The notes beneath the pieces were generated by a model, which saw only the letters and a program-made list of their open reading frames with translations, was not told the DNA's origin and made no database searches. This document shows, piece by piece, positions 37,601 to 50,406 of a stretch of DNA of 64,000 nt (positions within the stretch are counted from its first letter, which is position 1; each line of letters begins with the position of its first letter). The DNA is from Centroscyllium fabricii (taxonomy: Eukaryota): the NCBI GenBank assembly GCA_051313645.2, contig JBNRSN020000001.1, positions 582,738,001-582,802,000 on the forward strand, written 5' to 3'. Both the position numbers and the translations under genes were made by a program.

Positions 37601-40600
37601 GATACATGGGGCACATCTGTCTATATACCTGGGAGAAGGGGCACAGCCGTCTACATAGCTGGGAGACGTTCACATCAGCGTACACACCTGGGAGACAGGG
37701 GCACATCTGTTTACACACCTGGGAGTGAGGGGCACATCGGTCTACACACCTGGGAGACATGGGGCACATCAGTCTACACAACTGGGAGACATGGGGCACA
37801 TCTGTCAATGAACCTGTGAGACATGGGGAATATCAGTCTACACACCTGGGACACATAGGGCACATCGGTCAACACATGTTTGAGATATGGGGCACATCTG
37901 TCTGTACATCTGGGAGACATGCGGCACATCAGCCTGCACACCTGGGAGACAGGGGCACGTCAGTCTACACACCTGGGAGAAGGGCGCATCAGTCTACATG
38001 GCTGGGACACAGGAGCACAACAGTCTACACAGCTTGGACACGGGCACATCTGTCTACATAGCTGGAAACATGTGCACATCTGTCTACACACCTGGGAGAT
38101 AGAGACACATCTGTCTACACACCTGGGAGAAATCGGCACACCTGTTCACACTGCTGGGAAATGGCCACATTTATGTGCACATCTGTGAGACGGGGCAAAT
38201 CTGTTCAGACACCTGAGAGACAAGGCACATCTGTTTACACACTTGGGAGACATCGGGTACATCAGCCCATACACCAAGGAGACATGGGACACATCAGCCT
38301 ACACAACTGGGAGACAGGGGTACATATGTCTACACACATGGGAGGCATGAAACACATTTGCCAACACTGCTGGGAGACAGAGGCACATCAGTCTACACAC
38401 CTGGGTATTATGGGGCACATCTGCCCACACTCCTGGTAGCCAGGGACATATCTTTCTACACACCTGGGCGGAATGGGGCACATCAGCCTACACACCTGGG
38501 AGACAATGGGGAACGTCATTCTAGACACTTGGGAGACAGGGAAACATCAGTCTGCATACTTGGGAGACAGGGGAACATATGTTTACACACCTGGGAGTGA
38601 GGGGCACATCGGTCTACACACCTGGGAGTCATGGGGCACATCAGTCTACACAACTGGGAGACATGGGGCACATCTGTCAATGAACCTGTGAGACATGGGG
38701 AATATCAGTCTACACACCTGGGACACATAGGGCACATCGGTCAACACATGTTTGAGATATGGGGCACATCTGTCTGTACATCTGGGAGACATGCGGCACA
38801 TCAGCCTGCACACCTGGGAGACAGGGGCACGTCAGCCTACACACCTGGGAGAAAGGCGCATCAGTCTACATGGCTGGGACACAGGAGCACAACAGTCTAC
38901 ACAGCTTGGACATGGGCACATATGTCTACACAGCTGGAAACATGTGCACATCTGTCTACACACCTGGGAGATAGAGGCACATCTGTCTACACACCTGGGA
39001 GAAATCGGCACACCTGTTCACACTGCTGGGAAACGGCCGCATTTATGTGCACATCTGTGATCCGGGGCAAATCTGTTCACACACCTGAGAGACAAGGCAC
39101 ATCTGTTTACACACTTGGGAGACATGGGGTACATCAGTCTATACACCTAGGAGACATGGGACACATCAGCCTACACAACTGGGAGATGGGGGCACATCTG
39201 TCTGCACACATGGGAGACAGGGGCACATATGTCTATACACATGGGAGGCATGGGACACATTTGCCAACACCGCTGGGAGACAGGCACATCAGTCTCCACA
39301 CCTGGGGGATATGGGGCACATCTGTCCACACTCCTGGTAGACAGGGACATAACTTTCTACACACCTTTGAGAAATGGGGCACATTAGCCTACACACCTGG
39401 GAAACATGGGGCATATCTGTCCACACACTGGGAGACATGGGGCACATCATTCTACACACTTGGGAGACAGGGGCAGATCAGTCTACACACCAGGGAGATA
39501 TTGGGCACATCGCTATAGAAACCTGGGAAACTTGGGACACATCAGCCCACACACCTAGGAGATAGGTGCACATCTGTCTAAACACGTGGGAGGTATGGAG
39601 CACATCTGTCTACACACATGGGAGGCAGGGGCACATCAGTCTACACACCTGAGAGACGTGGGGCACATCTGTCTACACACCTGGAAGAAATGGGGCACAT
39701 CAATCTATACATCTGGGAAACAGGTGCACATCAGTCTACACACTTGGGAGATGGGGGCACACCTTTCTACACACCTGGGAGTCAAGGGCACATCTGCCTA
39801 CACACCTGGGACACATCAGTCTACTAACCAGCGGCACAACTGTCTACACACCTGGGAGACATTGGCACATCTGTCTACACAACTGGGAGTCAGGGGCACA
39901 TCAGGCTAGATACCTGAGAGACAGGGCACATCAGTCTACACACCCGCGAGAAATGTGGCACATCAGCCTACACACCTGGGAGACATGTGGCATATCGTTC
40001 CACACACCTGGGAGATAATGGGGGACATCATTCTACACACTTGGGAGACAGGGGCACATCAGTCTACATACCTGGGAAACAGGGCACATCTGTCTACACA
40101 CCTGGGAGATATGAGTCACATCAGTCTACAGACCTAGAAGACAGGGACACATCAGTATACATAATTGGGAGATAGGGGCACATCTGTCGACACACCTAGG
40201 AGACAGATGTGCCCCTGTTTCCCAGGTGACATGGATCACATCTGTCAATGCTGCTGGCAGACAGAGGCACATCAGTCTACCCACATGAGAGATATGTTGC
40301 ACATCTGCCCACACCTGGGAGACAGTTGCACATCTGTCTACACACCTGGGAAACATGGGCCCATCTGTTCACACTGCTGGGAAATAGTCACATTTGTCAA
40401 CATACCTGTGAGACAGGGGCACATCTGTGCACATACATGAGAGACAGGGCACATCTATCCACACATGAAACTATTGGGGAACATCTGTTCACACACCTGC
40501 AAGGAAGGGGCCCATCTGTCCACACAGCTGGGAGACATGGGGCACAAAGGCCTACACACCTGTGAGACAGGCACATCAGTCTACACACCTGCGAGACAGG

Positions 40601-42167
40601 CACATCAGTCTACACACCTGCGAGACAGGGGCACATCTCTCTACACACATGGGAGACATGAGGCACATCAGTCTACACACCTGGTAGACAGGGGCACATC
40701 AGGTTACACACCTAGCAGACAGGGCCCATCTGTCTACACATCGGGGAGACATCGGGCACATCTGCCTACACACCCTGGAGACAGGGGCACATCAGTCTAC
40801 ACATGTTGGAGACAAGGGCACACCAGCCTACACAGCTGGGAGACATGGGTCACTTCCGTTCACACACCTGGGAGACAATAGGTAACATCATTCTACACAC
40901 CTGGGTGACAGGTGCACATCAGTCTACATGCCTGGGAGACAGGGGGACATCTGTCTACACACCTGGGAGACAGGGACACATCTGTTCACACTGCTGGTGT
41001 ACAGGGGCACATCTGTCTACACATCTGAGTGACAGGGATTCATCTGTCTAAACACCTGGGAGACAGGGGCACATCTATCTCCATACCTGGGAGACAGGGG
41101 CACATCAGTCTACACACCTTGGAGACATCTGGCACATCTGTATACACACATAGGAGACAGGGGCACATATAATCACACTGCTGGTATACAGGGGCACATC
41201 TGTCTACACACCTGAGTGACAGGTACACATCTGTCTAAATACCTGGGAGACAGGGGCACATCCATGTATACACATCTGCTCCAGGGACACACCTGTCTAC
41301 ACACCTGGGAGATAGGGCCACATAAGTCTACACACATGGGAGATATGGGGCTCTTCAGTCTACACACCTGGGAGACATGGGGCACTTCTGTCTAAACACC
41401 TGGGAGACAGTAGCTTATCAGTCTACACACCTGGCAGACATGGGGCAGATCTATCTGCACACCTGGGATACAGGGACACACCTGTCCACCCAATTGGTAG
41501 ACAGGAGCATAGCAATCTGCACACCTGGGAGACAGGGGTACATCAGTCTACACACCTGGGAGACATTGGGCACATCTGTATACACACCTGGGAGACAAGG
41601 GGCACATATAATCACACCGATGGTATATAGGGGCACATCTGTCTACACACCTGAGTGACAGGGACACATCTATTTAAACACCTGGGAGACAGGGGCACAT
41701 CTGTGTACACACCTCTGCTACATGGACACACCTGTCTTCAGGCTCGAAGGGCTGAATGGCCTACTCCTGCTCCTATCTTCTATGTTTACACACCGAGGAG
41801 ATAGGGCCACATCAGTCTACACTCATGGAAGATAAGGGGTACATCAGTCTACACACCTGGGAGACATGGGGCACTTCTCTCTACACACCTGGGAGGCAGT
41901 AGCTTATCAGTCTACACACCTGGGAGACATGGGGCAGATCTATCGACACACCTGGGATACAGGGACACTTCTGTCCACCCAATTGGTAGACAGAAGCATA
42001 GCAATCCACACACCCGGGAGACGGGCACATCAGTATACGCACCTGGGAGACATTGGGCACATCTGTATACACACCTGGGTGACATGGGATACATCAATCT
42101 ATACACCTGGGAAACATCAAGCACATCAGCTTACACATCTGGGAGATGGGGGCACATCTGTCTACAC
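34620..42167 (+). repeat. Minisatellite block 2
   Basis: Same unit, with internal segmental duplications. Confidence 0.97.
41738..41787 (+). mobile_element. About 50-bp extreme 3' tip of CR1/HER1 LINE inserted in the satellite
   Basis: ggctcgaagggctgaatggcctactcctgctcctatcttctatgttt is the reverse complement of the LINE tail at 1330-1376. It interrupts cctgtct|acacacc. Confidence 0.85.
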
Positions 42168-43279
42168 TTTCACTTTCACTTTCAAATAGCTTTATTGGCA
42201 TGAATGGTATCAACCGTTGTTGCCAAAGCATTACAAAAATGGTACATCAATAACAATACAAACAAAATAAGTATAACATTTAACTGGACTTAGGTTAACA
42301 TACATAAGAATAATACATTCGTAGACGTACTACATAGAATAATACATTAGTAGCATTATTGACACCCGTACATTAGTTACGTACACATGTACATTTATAC
42401 CCGCATATAGAGCTTGTATGCTCATCCTAGCTTCAATGTCAATGTTCACTGGTTGTCCCTCTGCTTATGGCAAGCTGTGACGTAGTTTGCCGCAAGTTTT
42501 ATACATTCCTTCTGTTCCCCTAGTAGGTATGGGAGTTTCTGGTGGTCGGTCAAATTTTTGAATTCAGGGCATGCTGTTGCGAATTTTGGGAAGAAATTTC
42601 CCCTTATTCCCTGATAGTTTTCGCAGGTTGTGAGGAAGTGCAGCTCTGTCTCCACCACTCCCTGACTGCAGTGGGAGCACAGCCTTTCCTCTCTGGGCAG
42701 CCAAGTCTTTCTGTGTCTGCCTTTTTCGATGGCTAGGCTGTGCTCGCAAAGTCTGTACATTGTCAGCGTTTTTCTCAGTTTTCTATCTTTCACCATGGAC
42801 AGGTAGTCTGCCATGGTGTACTGTCTGTTTAGGGCCAAGTAGCAATCTAGTTTGATTTGGGTTTTTGTCGTTTCTGTCCAGTAGTTCAGGTATTTTTCTT
42901 TTTGTTGAGTAATAATTGTGTTGGGTCGGATTCTGAGTGCTAGGGCGTCACTGTCCAGGGGCTGGTTGTTACCAATAGTGTTAGTGGTTTTTCCGCTAAG
43001 TTGGTTGTTAACAGTAGTGTTATTAGTAACTTCGCTAAGTCCTAGGACTAGTTGGTTGATGGGACTTCTTTTTATGTTCGCTTCTTGGCATTTCAGGGCT
43101 TTGTAGTGGTAACTGTGAGGGTTGCTCAGTTTTAGGTGTTTCCAGAATTTGATTGCTCTTTTTTGGATTTTAAATAGTAGTGGATATTGGCCTAACTCTG
43201 CCCTGCATGCATTGTTTGTGGTTTTCCTCTGAGTCCGAAGGATACTCTTACAGAACTCAGCATGCAGGGTCTCAATGGG
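42168..43279 (-). mobile_element. 5'-truncated non-LTR retrotransposon (RTEX-like) with open C-terminal ORF and (GAAAGT)n tail
   Basis: Minus frame open from about 43279 to 42446 (PIETLHAEFCKSIL...NNACRAELGQYPL...YRLCEHSLAIEKGRH...LCSHC...ETELHFLTTC). It ends ccaataaagctatttgaaagtgaaagtgaaagtg. Clade name from recall. Confidence 0.8.
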
Positions 43280-46200
43280 GAGACATCAAGCACATCAGCC
43301 TACACACCTGGGAGATGGGGGCACATCAGTCTACACACCTGGGAGATGGGAGCACATCAGTCTACACACCTGGAAGATGGGCACATCAGTCTACACATGT
43401 TGGAGACAAGGGCACACCAGCCTACACACCTGGGAGAAGGGCGCATCAGCCTGCACACCTGGGAGACATGGGTCACTTCCGTTCACACACCTGGGAGACA
43501 AAAGGCAACATCATTCTACACACCTGGGGGACAGGTGCACATCAGCCTACATGCCTGGGAGACAGAGGGACCTCTGTCTACTTACCTGGGAGACAGAGAC
43601 ACATCTGTTCACAGACCTGGCAGACAGGATTCCTCTGTCTACAGAGCTGATAGACAGGGGCACATCTGACTACACACCTGGGAGATGGGGCACATATGTA
43701 TGCACACCTGGGAGATGGGCACATCTGTCTACACTGCTGGGAGACAGGAGTACATCTGCCTACACACCTGGGAGACAGGGGCACATCAGTCTACACACCT
43801 GGGAGACATGGGCCACATCTGTCTACACTCCTGTGAGACATAGGGCACATCAGTCTACACACCTGGGAGACAGGGGCACATCAGTCTACACACCTGGGAG
43901 ACATGGGCCACATCTGTCTACACTCCTGTGAGACATAGGGCACATCAGTCTACACACATGGGAGATAAAGGGCACATCTAATCACACCGCTGGTATACAT
44001 GGGCACATCTGTCTACACACCTGAGTGACAGGGACACATCTGTCTAAACACCTGGGAGATGGGTACATCTGTGTACACACCTCTGCTACAGGGACACATC
44101 TGTTCACACACTTGGCAGTGAGGCGGACATCAGTCTACACACCTGGGAGACAGTGACACATCAGTCTACACACCTGGGAGACATGGGCACTTCGGTCTAC
44201 ACACCTGGGAGACACTGGCCTATCAGTCTATACACCTGGGAGACATGGGGCAGATCTAACTACACACCCGGGATACAGGGACACATCTGTCCACCCAATT
44301 GGTAGACAGGTGCATAGCAATCTATACCCCTGGGAAACAGGTGCACATATGTCTACACACCTGGCAGATGGGGGCACATCTGTCCAAATGCCTGAGAGAC
44401 ATGGGCACATCTGTCTACAGAACTGGGAGGCAGAGGCCACATCAGCATACACAGCTGGGAGACAGGTGCACATCTGTCTACACAACTGGGAGATATGGTG
44501 CACATCTGTCTACACACCTGGGAGACATGGAACACATTTGTCAACACTGCTGAGAGACAGGGAAATTTCAGTCTACACACCTGGGAGACATGGGGCACAT
44601 CTGCCCACACTCCTCAGAAACAGGGGCACATCTGACTACACACCTGGCAGACATGGGGCATATCAGTCTACACACCTGGCAGACATGGGGCATATATGTC
44701 CACAAACCTGGGAGAGAATGAGGAACTCCATTCTACACACCTGGGAGACGGGTACATCTGTCTATTCACCTGGGAGATAGGGGCACATCTGACTACATAC
44801 GTGGGAGACAAGGGCTCATCGGTCTACACACGTGGGAGACATGGGGTACATCAGTCTGCACACCTGGAAGACACAGGGCACAACAATCTATACAACTGGG
44901 AAAGAGGTGCACTTCTGTCTACACAGCTGGGAGATAGGGGCACATGGGCCTACACACCTGTCAGACATGGGGCACATCAATCTATACACCTGTGAAACAG
45001 GTGCACATCTGTCTACATACCATGGAGACATGGTCCACATCTGTCTACAGACCAGAGAGATAGGGGCACATCTGTCTACACAACTGGGAGACACAGACAC
45101 ATCTGTTCACACACCCGAGAGACATTGGGCACATCTGTCTACAGATCTGGGAGTCATGGAAAACATCAGCCTACACACCTTGGAGACAGGGGAACATCTG
45201 TATACACACCTGGGAGACAGGGGCACATCTGTCCACAGACCTGGAAGACAGGGGCCACATCAGTCTACACAGCTGGGAGACAGGTGCCACATCAGTCCAC
45301 ACAGCTGGGAGACAGGTGCACATCTGCCTACATACCTGGGAGACAGCGGCCCACCTGTCTACACACCGGGGAGACATGGAATACATTTGTCAACACTGCT
45401 GGGAGACAGAGGCACATCAGTCTACACACATGGGAGACATGGAGCACATCTGCCCACACACCTGGGAGACATCTGCACGTCTGTCTATGCACCTGGGAGA
45501 CAGTGGCACATCTGTCCACACACGTGGGAGACATGGGCACATATGTTCACACTGCTGAGACATAGCCACGTGTCTACACACCTGTGAGAAAGGGGCACAT
45601 CTGTTAACACACCTGAGAGATAGGGCACATATGTCTACACACTTGGGAGACATGGGGTACATCATTCTGCTCACCTGGGAGACATGGACACATCTGTCTA
45701 CACAACTGGGAGACAGGGGCATATCTGTCCACACATGCGTGTACTGGGGCACATCTGTTCACACGACTGTGAGGCGGGGCACATCTGTCTATACACCTGG
45801 AAGACATGGGGCACAACAGTCTACACATCTGTGAGACAGGGGCACATCAGTCTACACACCTAGGTGACAGGGGCACATATCTCTACACACATGGGAGACA
45901 TGAGGCACATCAGCCTACACACTTGGTAGACAGGGGAACATCAGTCTACACAGCTGGCAGATGAGCTCATCTGTCTACACACCGCGGAGACATTGGGCAT
46001 ATCAGCCTACACACCTGGTAGACAGGGGCACATCAGTCTACACAGCTGGCAGACAGGCTCATCTGTCTACACACCTGGGAGACATTGGGCACATCAGCCT
46101 ACACACCTGGGAGACAGGGGCACATCAGTCTACGCATGTTGGAGACAAGGGCACATCAGCACCTGGGTGAAGGGCATGTCAGCCTACACACCTGGGAGAC

Positions 46201-49200
46201 ATGGGGCACATCAGTCTACACACCTGGGAGACACGGGCACATCAGTCTACACACCTGGGAGACAGAGGCACATCAGTCTATACACCTTGGAGACATGGAG
46301 CACATCAGCCTACACACCTGAGAGACATGGGGCATATCTGTCCACACACATGGGAGACAATGGCAAACATCATTCTACACACCTGGGAGACGGGCACAAC
46401 CGTCTACAAACCTGGGAGACAGGAGTACATCTGTCGACTCACCTGAGAAATGGGCACACCTGTCTACATACCTCAGAGACAGGGGCACATTAGTCTACAC
46501 ACCTGGGAGACATGGGCCGCATCTGTATACACACCTGAAAGATGTGGGACACATACATCTATGCACCTGGGAAACAGGTGCACATCTGTCTACACACCTG
46601 GGAGACAGGGGCACATATTTCTACACACATGGGAGATATGGAACACATTTGACAACAATACTGGGAGATAGAGGCACGTCAGTCCACACACCTGGGAGAC
46701 ATAGGCCCATCTGCCCACACACCTGGGAGACAATGCCACATCTGTCTACACACCTGGGAGACATGGGGCACATCAGTCTACACACCTGGGAGACATGGGC
46801 ACATATGTTCACACTGCTGGGAAATAGCCACGTGTGTCTACACACCTGTGAGAAAGGGGCACATCTGTTAACACACCTGAGAGATAGGGCACATATGTCT
46901 ACACACTTGGGAGACATGGGCTACATCATTCTGCTCACCTGGGAGACATGGTCACATCTGTCTAGACAACTGGGAGACAGGAGCATATCTGTCCACACAT
47001 GCATGTATTTGGGCACATCTGTTCACACAACTGTGAGGCGGGGCACATCTATCTATACACCTGGAAGACATGGGGCACAACAGTCTACACATCTGTGAGA
47101 CAGGGGCACCTCAGTCTACACACCTAGGAGACAGGGGTGCATCTCTCTACACACATGGGATACATGAGGCACATCAGCCTACACACTTGGTAGACAGGGG
47201 CACATCAGTCTACACAGCTGGCAGACGGGCTCATCTGTCTACACACTGGGGAGACATTGGGCATATCAGCCTACACACCTGGTAGACAGGGGCACATCAG
47301 TCTACACAGCTGGCAGACGGGCTCATCTGTCTACACACCTGGGAGACATTGGGCACATCAGCCTACACACCTGGGAGACAGGGGCACATCAGTCTACGCA
47401 TGTTGGAGACAAGGGCACATCAGCACCTGGGTGAAGGGCACATCAGTCTACACACCTGGGAGATGTGGGCACATCAGTCTACACACCTGGGAAAAAGGGG
47501 CACATCTGTCTACACACCTGGGAGACATGGAGCACATCAGCCTCCACACCTGAGAGACATGGGGCATATCTGTCCGCACACATGGGAGACAATGGCAAAC
47601 ATCATTCTACACACCTGGGAGACAGGGGCACAACTGTCTACAAACTTGGAAGACAGGAGTACATCTGTCGACTCACCTGGGAAATGGGCACACCTGTCTA
47701 CATACCTCAAGGTCACATCAGTCTACACACCTGGGAGATGTGGGCACATCAGTCTACACACCTGGGAAAAAGGGGCACATCTGTCTACACACCTGGGAGA
47801 CAGAGGCACATCAGTCTACACACCTCGGAGACATGGAGCACATCAGCCTCCACACCTGAGAGACATGGGGCATATCTGTCCACACACATGGGAGACAATG
47901 GCAAACATCATTCTACACACCTGGGAGACAGGGGCACAACCGTCTACAAATCTGGGAGACAGCAGTACATCTGTTGACTCACCTGGGAAATGGGCACACC
48001 TGTCTACATACCTCAGAGACAGGGGCACATTAGTCTACACACCTGGGAGACATGGGCCACATCTGTATACACACCTGGAAGACATGGGACACATAAATCT
48101 ATACACCTGGGAAACAGGTGCATATCTGTCTACACACCTGGGAGACAGGGGCACATATTTCTACAAACATGGGAGATATGGAACACATTTGACAACAATA
48201 CTGGGAGACAGAGGCACATCAGTCCACACACCTGGGAAATATGGGCCCATCTGCCCACACTCCTGGGAGACAATGCCACATCTGTCTACAGACCTGGGAG
48301 ACATGGGGCACATCAGTCTACACACCTGGGAGACATGGGACATATTGGTCCACACACCTGGGAGACATTGGCAGACATCATTCTACACATTTGGGAGACA
48401 GGGACACATCAGTCTACAAATCTGTGAGACAGGAGTTCTTCTGTCGACTCACCTGGGAAACGGGCACATCTGTCTACATACCTCGGAGACAGGGGCACAT
48501 CAGTCTGCACATCTGGGTGACATGGGGCATATCTGTATACACACCTGGAAGACATGGGTCACATCAATCGATACACCTGGGAAACAGGTGCACATCTGTC
48601 TACACAGCTGGGAGACGGGCCACATCAGTCTACACAGCTGGCAGACAGGCGCACACCTGTCCACACCTGGGAGAAATGGGACACATCAGTCTACACACAT
48701 GAGAGACATGGGCACATTTATTCACACTGCTGGGAAATAGCCACATTTGGCTACACACCTGTGAGACAGGGGCACATCTGTTTGCACACCTGAGAGACAG
48801 GGCACACCTGTTGATGCACTTGGGGGAGATATTAGAAACATCAGTCTGCGCACCTTGGAGACATTGGCACATCTGTCTACATAACTGGGCGGCAGGGGCA
48901 TATTTCTCCACACATGGGAGTATTGGGGCACAACTGTTCACACACCTGTGAGGCAGGGGAACATCTGTCTACACACCTGGGAGACATGGGACACAGCAGT
49001 ATGCACACCTGTGAGATGGGGCACATTAGTCTACACACCTGGGATACCAGGGCACATCTCTCTACACACATGGGAGACATGAGGCACATCAGTCTACACA
49101 TCTGGCAAACAGGGGCACATCTGTCTACACATGTTGGAGACAAGGGTGCACCAGCCTACACACCTGGGAGAAGGGCACATCAGCCTACACACCTGGAAGA

Positions 49201-50083
49201 CATGGGTCATTTCCGTTCACACACCTGGGAGATAATGGGCAACATCATTCTACACACCTGGGTGACAGGTGCATACCAGTCTACATGCCTGGGAGACAGG
49301 GGGACCTCTGTCTACATACCTGCGAGACAGGGACACATCTGTTCCAACACCTGGCAGACATGGTTCCTCTGTCTACACTTCTGGGAGACGGACACATCAG
49401 TATACACACTTGGGAGACATGGGCACATGTGTATGCACACATGGGAGACAGGCACACCTGTCTACACACCTGAGAGACAGGGGCACATCAGTCTACACAC
49501 CTGGGAGACATGGGCCACATCTGTCTACATTCCTGGGAGAGAAGGACACATCAGTCTACACAACTGGGAGACAGGGTCACATCTGTCTACACTCCTGGGA
49601 GACATAGGGCACATCACTCTACACACCTGGGAGACAAGGGCACATATGTCTATACATCTGGGAGACATGGGGCACATCTGTCCACACGCCTGGGAGAAAA
49701 GGAGTACTTCGGCCTAAACACCTGAGAGATATGGGGAACATCATTCTAAACACATGGGAGATAAGGGGCACATCTAATCAGACTGCTGGTATACAGGGGC
49801 ACATCTGTCTACACTCCTGGGAGACATAGAGCACATCAGTCTACACACCTGGGCTAAAGGAACACATCTGTTCACACACTTGGCAGAGAGGGGGACATCA
49901 GTCGACACACCTGGGAGACAGTGTCACATCAGTCTACACATGTGGGAGACATGGGGCAGATCTGCCTACACATCGTGGATACAGTGACACATCTGTCCAC
50001 CCACTTGGTAGACAGGGGCACAGCAATCTACACACCTGGGAGAGAGGGCCACATCAGTCAACACATCTAGGAGACATGGGGCA
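43280..50083 (+). repeat. Minisatellite block 3
   Basis: Same unit, with kb-scale duplications. Confidence 0.97.
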
Positions 50084-50406
50084 TGTGATAAACCACTGTT
50101 TCTCACTGTTCTTGTTGTATATACTTACTCTGCCTGTATCGATGTAATCGTACCTAATACCATGTTCTACATAAACCTGTTATGCGATTACCGGGACACA
50201 CCCAGGTCGGCTCCGCCCACGACTCCTCCCTCCCTGGAGAGGGTACATAAGTGGCCGTCTCCCATCCCCCGGCCTTACCTGGGGACAGTCGACTAGCTGG
50301 TGTATGTCCCACCGTTTAGTTAATAAAAGCCGCATTGTTTCTCTTTCTAACTACTCGTCCACGAGGTCGTTATTTCGGTCACAATTTTATTAACTAAATT
50401 TTGAAG

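Noticed and set aside
27228-49725. Many long His/Thr/Gly-rich ORFs (up to 463 aa; HTWETWGHISL, STHLGD, VYTPGR)
   Set aside because: They occur in all three frames and shift frame with unit length. They are by-products of a stop-poor 29-32 bp repeat in an intron, with no splice or start context.
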